Assembly: GCA_036393975.1 (NCBI GenBank)
Contig: DASWFZ010000008.1
Span: 1 to 63,105, forward strand
Origin: a bacterium
GTDB taxonomy: Bacteria > Sysuimicrobiota > Sysuimicrobiia > Sysuimicrobiales > Kaftiobacteriaceae
DNA: 63,105 nucleotides
Direction of reading: 5' to 3'
The translations under genes were made by a program, and so were the position numbers. The notes below the pieces were generated by a model that saw nothing but the letters and a program-made list of their open reading frames with translations, was not told the origin of the DNA and did not search any database. Position 1 is the first letter of the stretch, and each line of letters starts with the position of its first letter. Below are positions 9,816 to 19,686 of this stretch, in pieces.

Positions 9816-11306
9816 GTGGAGTTTGCCGTTGCGCTAGACGCGCCTGAAGCCTTGGCCTGCGATGGGCTAGGCGTGGGTATCGCCGCCGACAGTTCGGCGC
9901 TCGAAGGAGCGGCCGCTCGCGTCGACAAGGCACTGGGGGGCCTGCTGTCCACCGTGCTGGCGGAGGAAAAGTTCGACGCCAAATTAGGCAGCACGCTCGT
10001 CGTTCACACAAACGGACGCATTCCCGCCCGCAAGATCATCGCGGTCGGCTTGGGCCCCAAGGGCTCGTTGTCGCTCGACCAGATACGCCGGGCGGCGGCG
10101 ACTGTCGTCCGACAGGCGGCGCGAGTGCACGCCGCTCGCGTTGGAATCGCGCCTACCGTGATCCCGAGTCTTGGGCCCGAGGCGGCGACGCAGGCCCGCG
10201 TGGAGGGGGCCATCCTCGGAGCGTACCGGTTCCTCCGCTACAAACGCGATGAGGGAGGGCACGTGACCCACGTCACTTTGTTGGCCGCCGACTCCGCGCA
10301 GCAGAAACTGATGGAGGCGGGGGGGGCCCGCGGTCGGCTGTTTGCGGACGCCACCGTGTTTGCCCGCGACCTCGTTAACGAACCGCCCAATCATCTTCCC
10401 CCGGTGCGACTCGCAGAGATCGCGACCGAAATCGCACGCAAGGCGGGGCTGAAGTGCACCGTCTTGGACGTCAACGAGATGAAGGCGCTAGGCATGGAGG
10501 CCTTGCTCGCGATTGGCCTCGGGAGCGACCAACCGCCGCGGCTCATCGTCTTCGAGTATTCTCCTGCCAAGGCCCGGCAGACCATCGCACTGGTCGGCAA
10601 AGGAGTGTGCTACGACAGCGGGGGCATCAACCTCAAAACGCAAGATCTCGAGTCGATGAAGTCCGACATGGCCGGTGGTGCCGCGGTCCTGGCGACACTC
10701 CAGGCCCTGCCTGCTCTGGGGCCGTCGGTACGGGTCCTGGGTATTGTGGCGGCCGTGGAAAACCTCCCCAGTGGCCACGCGGTGAAGCCCGGGGACATCG
10801 TGCGGGCGATGAATGGGAAGACGATCGAGATCAACAACACCGATGCCGAAGGCCGCGTCATTTTGGCGGACGCCCTGGCCTACGCGGCGCAGCAACGCCC
10901 CGATGAGATCATCGATCTCGCCACACTCACCGGCTCGGCGCTCGTGGCCTTCGGCTACCTGGCTGCCGCGCTCATGGGGAACGACCCACCCCTGATCCAG
11001 CGTCTCCTGGCCGCAGCGCAGCAGGCTGGCGAGCGCCTGTGGGAACTGCCGCTGTATGAAGAATACCTGGACAACATGCGCAGCCCCATCGCTGATCTCC
11101 GAAACTCGGGATCCCGGTTTGGGGGAGCCCAAAAAGGGGCTATCTTCATGCGGGAGTTTGTCGATGGGCGGCCGTGGGCCCACCTCGATATCGCGCCGAC
11201 TGCGTTTCTGGATAAAGAGGAAGGCACTAACCCCTACGTGCCAACGGGCGGGACGGGCTACGGCGTGCGGACCCTGCTCACCTACCTCGGGGGGATTTCC
11301 AAGTAG
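9816..11306 (+). CDS. pepA: Leucyl aminopeptidase (M17)
   Basis: VGKGVCYDSGGINLK, MKSDMAGGA and NTDAEGRVILADAL signature. Confidence 0.9.
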   Translation: MEFAVALDAPEALACDGLGVGIAADSSALEGAAARVDKALGGLLSTVLAEEKFDAKLGSTLVVHTNGRIPARKIIAVGLGPKGSLSLDQIRRAAATVVRQAARVHAARVGIAPTVIPSLGPEAATQARVEGAILGAYRFLRYKRDEGGHVTHVTLLAADSAQQKLMEAGGARGRLFADATVFARDLVNEPPNHLPPVRLAEIATEIARKAGLKCTVLDVNEMKALGMEALLAIGLGSDQPPRLIVFEYSPAKARQTIALVGKGVCYDSGGINLKTQDLESMKSDMAGGAAVLATLQALPALGPSVRVLGIVAAVENLPSGHAVKPGDIVRAMNGKTIEINNTDAEGRVILADALAYAAQQRPDEIIDLATLTGSALVAFGYLAAALMGNDPPLIQRLLAAAQQAGERLWELPLYEEYLDNMRSPIADLRNSGSRFGGAQKGAIFMREFVDGRPWAHLDIAPTAFLDKEEGTNPYVPTGGTGYGVRTLLTYLGGISK

Positions 11307-11361
11307 TCGCCCCGCTGACCGGATCCCGGCGCCCGCGCCCAGCCAGATACCCGGAGACCGG

Positions 11362-12021
11362 TCAGACCCCCAGTACCCAGATCTCCGACTCGGAGGGGAG
11401 TGCGGCCTTCGTGATGGTCGCGCTCTTACCCAGGCGCTTGACACGCGGCTTGCCCCGAATGAAATCCTCCACCGTCCCAATCGGCCAGTCCGCATTCACG
11501 CTCGTCTTGTAGTGCATCGGGATGGTGATTCGCGGCTTCACCTGGCCGATAACGGTCTCCGCCTGCTGCGGCCCGATCGTAAAGTGGCCCCCAATGGGAA
11601 TCATCAGCACGTCGGCGTGGTCAACCGCCTTAACCTGGTCGGGGGACAGCGTATGGGCAAGGTCGCCCGCGTGGACAATCCGTAAGCCTTCCACGTCAAA
11701 GATGAGCATGGCATTTTTGCCGCGCTTGGCGCCGCGGGCGTCGTCATGGTAGACGTGCATCGTCGTGATCGCCACGGGGCCCACGCGCTCGCGAACCTCT
11801 GCCCACTCCTTGCCACCTTCACGCAAGCCCCGGATCACTTTCGGTGTCCCCGCTGCGACCTGGACATTGTTGTGGTCCTGGTGCTCATGCGACACGACCA
11901 CTGCCGTCGGAGCAACGGTGGGTAGCGGATAGCCGACCTCCGCATTGAACGGGTCGATGAGGATCGATGTCCCGTCCGCCTCCAGGACAAAACACGAGTG
12001 ACCGTAATACGTGAGCTTCAT
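11362..12021 (-). CDS. Metallo-beta-lactamase-fold hydrolase (UPF0173-like)
   Basis: MKLTYYGHSCFVLE...VVVSHEHQDHNN. GGGAGGG SD upstream. Confidence 0.8.
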   Translation of the reverse strand: MKLTYYGHSCFVLEADGTSILIDPFNAEVGYPLPTVAPTAVVVSHEHQDHNNVQVAAGTPKVIRGLREGGKEWAEVRERVGPVAITTMHVYHDDARGAKRGKNAMLIFDVEGLRIVHAGDLAHTLSPDQVKAVDHADVLMIPIGGHFTIGPQQAETVIGQVKPRITIPMHYKTSVNADWPIGTVEDFIRGKPRVKRLGKSATITKAALPSESEIWVLGV

Positions 12022-12112
12022 CGCATGCCCTCCCTCGCCTAACTGCCACGCCGCGAAGTCCCGCCGTCTCTTGCCCGAGGGTACACTCGCACCGACCCGC
12101 GTGTGTCGCGTC

Positions 12113-12796
12113 CTACGCGCGCATCAGTGTCGCCTCATACAAGAACGCCGCCCCCATCCCGCCCAAGAGCGGACCGATCCAGTACACGATCTGATTTTGC
12201 CAGAACCCCGAGAACAGCGCCGGCCCAAATGCGCGTGCGGGGTTCATTGCCGCCCCGGTGAGCACGCCGCCTCCCAAGATGTCCATCGCAATGACCAGGC
12301 CGATCATCAGACCGGCAATGGTGCGGGGCCCCCGCGTGTCTACGGCAGCGCCGAAGATCACGAAGACGAGCAGAAAAGTTAGGATCGCCTCGACGACAAT
12401 GCCAGTCCCGGGGGACACCGCGCTTCCTAGGGCGGGTGTCCCGAGGTGCACCGCGCGGCGGGCAGCTTCCGGAAACGACGCGGTCAGCAAGAATGCCCCC
12501 ACGGATCCGCCGACGAGTTGGGCGATCCCGTACGCGACCCCCTGCCCCAGCGGGAGTCGCCGGACGAGAACAAATCCTGCGGTCACCGCAGGGTTAAAGT
12601 GGCCCCCGGAGACGTGGCCCGCGGCTGCGACCATCGTGCCAATCGCAAGCCCGTGGGCCAGGGCGATTCCAGTAACACCCAGCCGGCCACCACTCATCTG
12701 GTCGGCAATGATGGATCCGGCACCGATGAAGATCAGCGCAAACGTCCCAACGGCCTCGGCTAGCACTGCCCGCCACAGCTGCACCGTCATGGTCAT
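12113..12796 (-). CDS. aqpZ: Aquaporin (MIP family)
   Basis: Two NPA boxes (SGGHFNPAVT and GAAMNPARAFGP). GGAGG lies 5 nt before ATG 12796. Confidence 0.85.
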   Translation of the reverse strand: MTMTVQLWRAVLAEAVGTFALIFIGAGSIIADQMSGGRLGVTGIALAHGLAIGTMVAAAGHVSGGHFNPAVTAGFVLVRRLPLGQGVAYGIAQLVGGSVGAFLLTASFPEAARRAVHLGTPALGSAVSPGTGIVVEAILTFLLVFVIFGAAVDTRGPRTIAGLMIGLVIAMDILGGGVLTGAAMNPARAFGPALFSGFWQNQIVYWIGPLLGGMGAAFLYEATLMRA

Positions 12797-12913
12797 CCCG
12801 CCTCCTGGGTCGACTACTTCGACCGAGCGGGTCGGCCTGCCTACCGGCGGAGGAGGGTTCGACTCTTTGGGTCCTGAACATCTGGTCGTCCGCACTGAGA
12901 AAGGAGATTGCCG

Positions 12914-13267
12914 ATGCACGGCGTCGTCCATGTCGAGATTCCCGCCAAAGATCTGAAGCGTGCCAGGGAGTGGTATGGAAAAGTGTTCGGGTGGACATTT
13001 AAAGACATGGGGGGAGAATATCTGCTGTGGTCCCCGCCCGATGGCGGAATCGGCGGCGGCATCTACAAAGCGAAGACCCTACCCGCCAAATCCTCGGTGA
13101 GGGCGTACCTTGATGTGACCGACATTGACGCCAAACTCGCCCAGATCAAGGCTGCGCGGGGCAAGATCGTGACTCCAAAAACCGAGGTCCCCGGATACGG
13201 TTGGTGGGCTGCATTCAAGGACCCCCAAGGCTGCGAAGTCTACCTCTGGAAATCAGCACCTCGGTAG
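12914..13267 (+). CDS. VOC / glyoxalase-fold protein
   Basis: VHVEIPAKDLKRAREWYGKVFGW ... GWWAAFKDPQGCEVYLW. AAGGAG lies 7 nt upstream of the ATG. Confidence 0.75.
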   Translation: MHGVVHVEIPAKDLKRAREWYGKVFGWTFKDMGGEYLLWSPPDGGIGGGIYKAKTLPAKSSVRAYLDVTDIDAKLAQIKAARGKIVTPKTEVPGYGWWAAFKDPQGCEVYLWKSAPR

Positions 13268-13327
13268 ACGACGCGACCGCGCACGGAGGCACACCCGCGT
13301 ACTGGTTTTCCGCACCCCCGCGGAGCT

Positions 13328-14302
13328 CTAGGCGTGGAGTTCGATAACGTCTCCATCTTCAAGAACGTGGTCGCGCCCGACCATTTGTCCCTGGTATTCG
13401 TCTTTCCCCCACAACCGTGCGAACTTCAGTTTGGCGACGAAGTCCTTGTGGATGGCGTGGGCAGCTTCCATCACAGTCGAACCACGTTTGAGGACAAATG
13501 GCGTGGACGTGTCGACCTTGCGGCCCGGGGGTTTGCTATAGACGCGAACGACTCCCAGCAACTCGAACAGCGCACGCCGCAGCGTCTCTAAACCCGTCCC
13601 ATGCGCGGCGGAGACCGCATAGAGAGGGAGCGTATCGCCAAAGAAATCGCGCACGAGAGCCAGGCGCTCCGCTGCTCCGGGGGCGTCGAGTTTGTTGCCG
13701 ACGACGAGGGCCCGCTTGTGGTGCGGGGCCGTGGGGGTGCCGACCAGGGCAAGCTTCGCCTGGTCGAGCAGGGCCTGGATCTGTTCCGTCTGGGAGAGGA
13801 CGTCGTCAGTCGCCAAGTCCACAACCAGCGCCGCGGCGTCGGCGGTACGGATGATGCCGTAGAGCCAGCCTTCCGTGACCTCCGGGGTAACCGGGGGGAG
13901 ATCGACGAGCTGGACCTGCACGTTCTCATACACCATCATGCCTGGCAGCGGAGCACGCGTCGTAAACGGATAGTCGGCGATCTCCGGCTGCGCATTGGTG
14001 AGCGCCCGCAACAACGCTGACTTGCCAGCATTGGGCGGACCGACGAGGACCACCTGGCCCGCCCCTTCGCGCTCGACATGGTAGAAGGGCCGCCCCCGGC
14101 CGCCGCTCTTCTTCTGCCGCTGCATCTGGTCGCGCAGCTTGGCGATCCGACGTTTGAGATCGCCCTGCATTCTGTCGGTTCCCTTGTGCTTGGGGATGGT
14201 GGCCAGCATTTCTTCCAGCGCGGTGAGCTTGTCCTGGAGTGTCGTGGCCGCCTTGAACTTGCGGTCGGCTTCGAGGTACTGGGGCGTTAGGTTTGCGGGC
14301 AT
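13328..14302 (-). CDS. DRG/Rbg-type OBG-family GTPase with a C-terminal TGS domain
   Basis: N-terminal KHKGTDRMQGDLKRRIAKLRDQ helix, P-loop GPPNAGKSALL, YPFTT, NKLD, and a C-terminal TGS-like VVRVYSKPPG...GDVIELH. Confidence 0.8.
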   Translation of the reverse strand: MPANLTPQYLEADRKFKAATTLQDKLTALEEMLATIPKHKGTDRMQGDLKRRIAKLRDQMQRQKKSGGRGRPFYHVEREGAGQVVLVGPPNAGKSALLRALTNAQPEIADYPFTTRAPLPGMMVYENVQVQLVDLPPVTPEVTEGWLYGIIRTADAAALVVDLATDDVLSQTEQIQALLDQAKLALVGTPTAPHHKRALVVGNKLDAPGAAERLALVRDFFGDTLPLYAVSAAHGTGLETLRRALFELLGVVRVYSKPPGRKVDTSTPFVLKRGSTVMEAAHAIHKDFVAKLKFARLWGKDEYQGQMVGRDHVLEDGDVIELHA

Positions 14303-14383
14303 TAATCCGTCCGTTCGGGGATTATTCGGCCCGCCCACCCGGGCCTGGCGCAAGAAGACACGTCAGCGTCCACGTTCTGCGGG

Positions 14384-15514
14384 CTACTGAACCTCAAACT
14401 TGCGCAGAACTTTCTCGTCAAGGGCCAAGCCTAACCCGGGTTTCTGCGGGACATCCACCATCCCACCCTTGGGTTCGGGAAACGGCTCCACGAACAGATC
14501 CCGCAGCGGGTTGGGCGCGAAGAAATACTCGTAGGTCATCAAGTTGGGGACGCTTGCGGCAACATGCAATGCCGCGAGGTGCGACACCCCCGCCGAAAAC
14601 CCGGTATGCGGAGCGTACCGGAGATTATGCGCGTGCACGAGCGCGCCGACGCGTCGGGCGCCTGTGAACCCCCCGACCCGCCCGACGTCGGGCTGGAGGA
14701 TATCGATCGCTCCCCGCTTGATGAGCTCGCGGAAGCCAAAGACGCCGAACTCGCTTTCGCCAGCGGCGACCGGGATGCTCTGCCCCGTCCGCACGCGCTG
14801 ATACCCATCCAGGTCATCCGGCGGCACGGGCTCTTCAAGCCATGCGATGTCGGAGGCCTCCAATTGGCGCCCGACCTTGATGGCCGTCGCCGCGTCATAA
14901 GCGCTGTTCACATCCAGCATGATGTCGATACTGGGACCCACTGCCTCACGGATGGCCCGAATTGAGGTCACATCCATACGACGCCCGCCCATCTGTGCGG
15001 ACCGGCCAATCTTCACCTTCAGCGCCGTGTGGCCGCGCCGCACTTGGTCGGTAGCCTGTGCTACCATCTCCGGGACGTCGGCAAAGTAGACAGAGGACGC
15101 GTAGCAGGGGACGCGGGACCGACCGGCCCCACCTAAGACCTTGTATACGGGCTGACCCGCAGCTTTCGCGACGATGTCCCACAGGGCGGTATCGATGCCG
15201 CTGATCGCCTCAAACACAAATCCTCGATAGTGCCCCCAGCCCCGAAGTTGCTGGAACATCTCGTCCCAGAGGCCTTCCGCATCCCGCGGGTCGCGCCCGA
15301 TGAGGAACGGCGTGAACATCTCGTCGACGACTGCCTTGGTGACGTGGGGGGACTTGCGGGCAAGGCACTCCCCTATCCCGACCAGACCATCGTCTGTTGT
15401 CACTTCCACCAACGTGGCTGTGAATGCCGGAAACGCCCCGATCCCGAAGTGGATGGGGCGGTCGAGGGTGCCGGTGAGCATCCGACACTTGACGGTCTTG
15501 ATCTTCATGGCCAT
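14384..15514 (-). CDS. Enolase-superfamily enzyme (mandelate racemase / muconate lactonizing family; sugar-acid dehydratase-like)
   Basis: VEVTTDDGLVGIGE, LKVKIGR, IDIMLDVNSAY, WLEEP and ILQPDV metal-ligand pattern. AAGGAG lies 6 nt before ATG 15514. Confidence 0.8.
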   Translation of the reverse strand: MAMKIKTVKCRMLTGTLDRPIHFGIGAFPAFTATLVEVTTDDGLVGIGECLARKSPHVTKAVVDEMFTPFLIGRDPRDAEGLWDEMFQQLRGWGHYRGFVFEAISGIDTALWDIVAKAAGQPVYKVLGGAGRSRVPCYASSVYFADVPEMVAQATDQVRRGHTALKVKIGRSAQMGGRRMDVTSIRAIREAVGPSIDIMLDVNSAYDAATAIKVGRQLEASDIAWLEEPVPPDDLDGYQRVRTGQSIPVAAGESEFGVFGFRELIKRGAIDILQPDVGRVGGFTGARRVGALVHAHNLRYAPHTGFSAGVSHLAALHVAASVPNLMTYEYFFAPNPLRDLFVEPFPEPKGGMVDVPQKPGLGLALDEKVLRKFEVQ

Positions 15515-15544
15515 TGAGGTCTCCTTAGGGTCCCGATCCGGCAT

Positions 15545-16309
15545 CTAGCGAAAGAGGTCTCTCGCGGGATCCCGTAGCAAGGGTTTCGCGCCACCCGCAT
15601 CCATTTCCACCCGCGCGCCGCGGATCACGATCACAGGCGTCCCTTCAGCCGCCTGGCCTTGCAACAGACTCGCTGCAGACGCGAGCTCGTCGGCCAGAGC
15701 CTCCACCGACGTCTGCAGAACATAGCCATACAGGTCCTCTTTGCCGATGTAGCTGTACAGAGGAGCCAGACCGGCGCTGCCGAGCGCAACTCCCACTGCG
15801 CCCTCACGAAACGCGCGCCCGTGGCTGTCGTTGATGATCACCGCTACGCGTACGCCGAGGGCCTCTTCCAGGGCGCGCCGGATGGCTTGGGCCGATCGGT
15901 CGGGGTCGGCCGGCAGGGTCGCGACCCATTGCGGGCCTAGTCCGACGTTACTGTGATCGACACCCGCGTTGGCGCAGATGAACCCCAACCGGTGCTCAGC
16001 GATGATCAGTCCCGGGCGCACCCGCAGGATCGCCCGCGATTCATTCAAGATGACCTGACACAACCGCGGGTCTCTGCCCGATTCTGCAGCCAAGGCCTCC
16101 CCACGGGGAGTAGGTGTTACCTCATCCAGGTTAACAACGCTGCCTTCGGATTTGGAAACGACTTTGTGCGCAATGACAAACACATCCAGGTCTTCTGGGG
16201 TGAGATCGTTGCGGCGGACCAAGTCGAGGATCACCCGGGACAGATCCATTCCCGGACGGATATCGGGGCATCCCTCAGGAGCCCAGGCGGTCAACGTTCG
16301 CAGGCGCAC
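15545..16309 (-). CDS. cofE: Coenzyme F420-0:L-glutamate ligase (CofE / FbiB N-domain)
   Basis: VIAHKVVSKSEG, FICANAGVDHSNV, VAVIINDSHGRAFREGAVGVALG and LADELASAASLLQGQAAEGTPVIVIRG are typical CofE blocks. Confidence 0.8.
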   Translation of the reverse strand: MRLRTLTAWAPEGCPDIRPGMDLSRVILDLVRRNDLTPEDLDVFVIAHKVVSKSEGSVVNLDEVTPTPRGEALAAESGRDPRLCQVILNESRAILRVRPGLIIAEHRLGFICANAGVDHSNVGLGPQWVATLPADPDRSAQAIRRALEEALGVRVAVIINDSHGRAFREGAVGVALGSAGLAPLYSYIGKEDLYGYVLQTSVEALADELASAASLLQGQAAEGTPVIVIRGARVEMDAGGAKPLLRDPARDLFR

Positions 16310-16400
16310 ACCAACACCTCACAAACGACTCACAGAATACAGCATAAGAGGCTGATGCCGAAGGGTCCACGATCTGTCTACGTTCGGAGCAGCGAGCCGA

Positions 16401-17048
16401 TCAGTCCAACCCTGCAACCTCGATCCCGAGGTCGCGCCGCTTGTAGCGGCGATTGATGGCTAACAGAAGTCCGGCCAATGACTCAAGGATCCCGGCCTGG
16501 CCTAATTTCCCGGTATCGACGGCGCGCATCCCGAGTAAGCGGACCATCTCCGCCACACGCTCTTTGGCGCTGGGATCATCCCCACAGAGCAGCACGTGTC
16601 CGTGAGGTCTCTGGGCGGGATCCGCCAGCATCGCCGCGCTGACTGTGTGAAACCCCGCCACGATGCGCGCGGTCGGCAGGAGCTCGCGGGCTTCCTCCGC
16701 CGCCGACCCATGGGCCGGTGTGGCGCGCTCACCCGAACGGCCCAGACGAACCGTGGTATCCACGACGATCTTATCGGATACAACGGAGGCGATGCTTTCC
16801 AAAATTTGGCGGTGCGCGTCGTAGGGAACGGTTACGATGATCTCCGCAGCCCAGCGCGCGGCCTCCACGTTAAGCCATCCGGCATCTGAAGGAAGACCAA
16901 TCGACTGGGCGGCCGCTTGCGCGCGCGCAGCATCCCGCGATCCCACCACAACTTCGACTCCTGCCCCGTGCAGACGCCGCGCCAGGCCGAGTCCGAGATG
17001 GCCCGACCCCCCGATGATAGCCACCCGGAGTGAGGACGGTTCAGGCAT
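16401..17048 (-). CDS. npdG: NADPH-dependent F420 reductase (NpdG/Fno family)
   Basis: VAIIGGSGHLGLGLARRL Rossmann fold, FHTVSAAML, and a C-terminal LESLAGLLLAINRRY. Its start overlaps the upstream stop (TGATG). Confidence 0.8.
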   Translation of the reverse strand: MPEPSSLRVAIIGGSGHLGLGLARRLHGAGVEVVVGSRDAARAQAAAQSIGLPSDAGWLNVEAARWAAEIIVTVPYDAHRQILESIASVVSDKIVVDTTVRLGRSGERATPAHGSAAEEARELLPTARIVAGFHTVSAAMLADPAQRPHGHVLLCGDDPSAKERVAEMVRLLGMRAVDTGKLGQAGILESLAGLLLAINRRYKRRDLGIEVAGLD

Positions 17049-18331
17049 CAGGCTGCGGGCGGACCGGCAATAGCCAGGCAGTACGCTGCGTCGGGGAACC
17101 TGCGAGCAGCCTTTACGATCGCGTCCTTTCCCACCCCGCGAATCAGCTGCGGATACCGCACCAAATAATCCAATCCGAGGCCATAGAGCTCCATGTCGGC
17201 CATCATCTGCGCCACACCGGCTTGCGTTTCCATCCGGACGGCCAGCGACCCGACCAGGAAGTCGCGCGCATCCGCCACCTCATCGTCTGAGGGCCCGTCC
17301 TGCTGGAAGCGGCGAATCTCGGCGAGGATGCCTTCCACCGCCGCCGACTCGTTCGCTGGATTGACCCCCGCGCGCACTAGCCACGGGCCGGCCAGCAGAC
17401 CTGCCCGCAACTCGCTGAACGTATAGTAGGCCATCCCCTGCCGTTCGCGGACCCGGTCACCCAACCGGCCCATCATCCCGAGCTGACCCAGGATGAGATT
17501 GGCGATCATGATGTCATAGTAGTCGGGCGCGCTGCGCGCGATCCCCGGGGCACCGAGGACAATATCGGACTGCACCTTGCCCGGCATACGGGTTTCGCCT
17601 CGCCGCGGCTCGACCAGCGCCGGCAGAAAGGAAACGGGCGGGAGCGCCCACACACCTCCGCGCGGCCATGAGGCAAAGACCTGCGCGAGCGTGCCGAGGA
17701 CCTCGTCGGTGGCCACGTCACCCACAACGGCGAGCAGCGTGCCCTCGGGACGGTAGTGTGTGTGGTGGAACGCCTGCAGATCGTCCCGTGCCACCGACGC
17801 CACAACTGATTCCTCGCCGTCCGGCAAGTGTCGATAGGGGTGGGCTTCAGGATATAGCAGGCTTCGAAACGTCCGCTCGGCCATCTGTCGGGTGTCCTGC
17901 CTCCCCACGCGCACGGATGTCAGGAGCTCACCCCGAACTTTCTCCGTCTCGTCCGCGGGGAAGGTGGGACGCGTTAGGACCTCCCCGAGCAGAACCAGAG
18001 CCGTGGCGGTATCTTCTGAGAGCATACGCACGCCCACGGTGGTGGTCTCCATATCCGCCCGAATCCCCAGGTTGGCGCCCATTCCGTCCAGGGTCTCAGC
18101 CAGTTCGGGCGCACTGTAACGACGGGTCCCCCGTTGTAGCATGGAGGCGACAAACCGGGCGAGGCCGCTGCGTGATCCGTCGAACATTGCGCCCGATTTC
18201 ACATACCCTTGGACAGAAACCAACCCGGCCCCGCGCATCTCCTTCACCAACACCACAAGTCCGTTGTGGAGCTCAGATCGGGTCACGGTCTCCGGCGTGA
18301 TCAGCGCGGACTGGACGGCTGCCCGCATCAT
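17048..18331 (-). CDS. M16-family peptidase, non-catalytic-type subunit
   Basis: Has the M16 fold pattern (LHNGLVVLVKE ... ) but no HxxEH. It is translationally coupled to the upstream M16 gene. Confidence 0.8.
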   Translation of the reverse strand: MMRAAVQSALITPETVTRSELHNGLVVLVKEMRGAGLVSVQGYVKSGAMFDGSRSGLARFVASMLQRGTRRYSAPELAETLDGMGANLGIRADMETTTVGVRMLSEDTATALVLLGEVLTRPTFPADETEKVRGELLTSVRVGRQDTRQMAERTFRSLLYPEAHPYRHLPDGEESVVASVARDDLQAFHHTHYRPEGTLLAVVGDVATDEVLGTLAQVFASWPRGGVWALPPVSFLPALVEPRRGETRMPGKVQSDIVLGAPGIARSAPDYYDIMIANLILGQLGMMGRLGDRVRERQGMAYYTFSELRAGLLAGPWLVRAGVNPANESAAVEGILAEIRRFQQDGPSDDEVADARDFLVGSLAVRMETQAGVAQMMADMELYGLGLDYLVRYPQLIRGVGKDAIVKAARRFPDAAYCLAIAGPPAA

Positions 18332-19686
18332 AGACGTGCCCTCCCGGCCCGTGGGGCCTGAATGAAAAACACCTCCGGACGCACCGCCGCCTGCGCGGCA
18401 GACGCCGTGGCGCCAGGCACAGGGAGGTACGACCCGACTGTGCGGGTGCGCTCAGTCAAGTACGTCGCAGCCACATGCATCACATCATCGGCCGTCACGC
18501 GGTCGATCCGGCCCACCAGGGACTCGAACGCGGCGGGCTCGTCGACGACGGCGAACGCGCCCAGCCCCATGGCGAGGCGGAAGACCCCGTCGCGGCTAAA
18601 AATGAGCTGGGCCTTCGCTTGCTTTTTCACCTTCGCCAGTTCGTCTGCCCCCACCGGCTCGCGCGTCAACCGGTCCACCTCAGTCAGAATCCGCTCCTCG
18701 ACCATCCCCACCTCACCACCCGCACGCACGGTGGCCGCGACCCGGAACAGAGTCGGGTCTGCACTGGGAGTCACCGAGGAACTCACGTCCGTGGCAAGCC
18801 GAGCATCCACGAGGGCACGGTACAATCGTGAGCTGCGACCGCCCCCCGCTTGGTCGAACGGCACGATGCCCTTGAACCCGGACAGTATCCCGTCGGTCAC
18901 CAGCAAAGCGGCAAGGTCCGGGTGTGTCGCAGCGGGGACGTGATAGGCGATGTGGAGATAGCTCGTTGCGCCCCCGGGCCGTTGCAGAACGACCCGCCGT
19001 TCGCCTTCTTGCTCTGGCTCCCGCACGCGCATGGACGGCACCGTTGGGCCGGGCGGCACCTCGCCGAACGCCCGCGTGATCGCTTCCAGCATCGCGTCGG
19101 TATCAAACGCGCCAATGGCCACAGCGATGGCATTCTGGGGGTGGTAAAACGTACGATAGTGGTGGAACAAATCGTCGCGTGTAATCGCGCGGAGATCATC
19201 CTTCCACCCGATCACCGGAATGCGGTACGGGTGGACCTTGTGCGCAATGGCGTCGACTTCTTCTCGCAGCAAATAGGAGGGATGATTCTCGCTGCCCTCC
19301 CGCTCGGAAATGATCACAGTTCGTTCGCTATCGACCTCCGCGGGATCCATGATCGTGTGGGCCATGCGATCGGCTTCCAAGCGGATGGCCACATCGAGGT
19401 GTTCGGCGGGGAGCACCTCGTGGTAGGCCGTATAGTCCTTCCACGTGAAGGCGTTCCACCGGCCACCGAGCCGATCAATGTACCGGGTCAGAGTCCCTTT
19501 GGGATGGGTGGGAGTGCCTTTAAACAACATGTGCTCCACCCAGTGGGAGATGCCAGTGGTCCCCGGCATTTCGTTGCGACTCCCCACCCGGTACCAAACC
19601 CAGAAGGTGGCAATAGGTACCGTGTGCGATTCCTGGAGGAGGACGGTCAGGCCATTGTCCAGCGTGTGGATGCGCAATGTTGACAT
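18328..19686 (-). CDS. M16-family zinc peptidase (HxxEH present); start uncertain (19686, 19734 or 19758)
   Basis: TLDNGLTVLLQE, GISHWVEHMLFKGT (HxxEH) and ERTVIISE. Confidence 0.8.
   Translation of the reverse strand: MSTLRIHTLDNGLTVLLQESHTVPIATFWVWYRVGSRNEMPGTTGISHWVEHMLFKGTPTHPKGTLTRYIDRLGGRWNAFTWKDYTAYHEVLPAEHLDVAIRLEADRMAHTIMDPAEVDSERTVIISEREGSENHPSYLLREEVDAIAHKVHPYRIPVIGWKDDLRAITRDDLFHHYRTFYHPQNAIAVAIGAFDTDAMLEAITRAFGEVPPGPTVPSMRVREPEQEGERRVVLQRPGGATSYLHIAYHVPAATHPDLAALLVTDGILSGFKGIVPFDQAGGGRSSRLYRALVDARLATDVSSSVTPSADPTLFRVAATVRAGGEVGMVEERILTEVDRLTREPVGADELAKVKKQAKAQLIFSRDGVFRLAMGLGAFAVVDEPAAFESLVGRIDRVTADDVMHVAATYLTERTRTVGSYLPVPGATASAAQAAVRPEVFFIQAPRAGRARL

Noticed and set aside
10488-11495. 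Long antisense ORFs inside pepA. Similar ones occur at 50440-51213, 52784-53569, 60321-61073 and 9197-9994.
   Set aside because: All lie opposite genes with strong family signatures (PepA, AccD, AccC, GH57, OCD), and all have Arg/Gly/Pro-biased composition.
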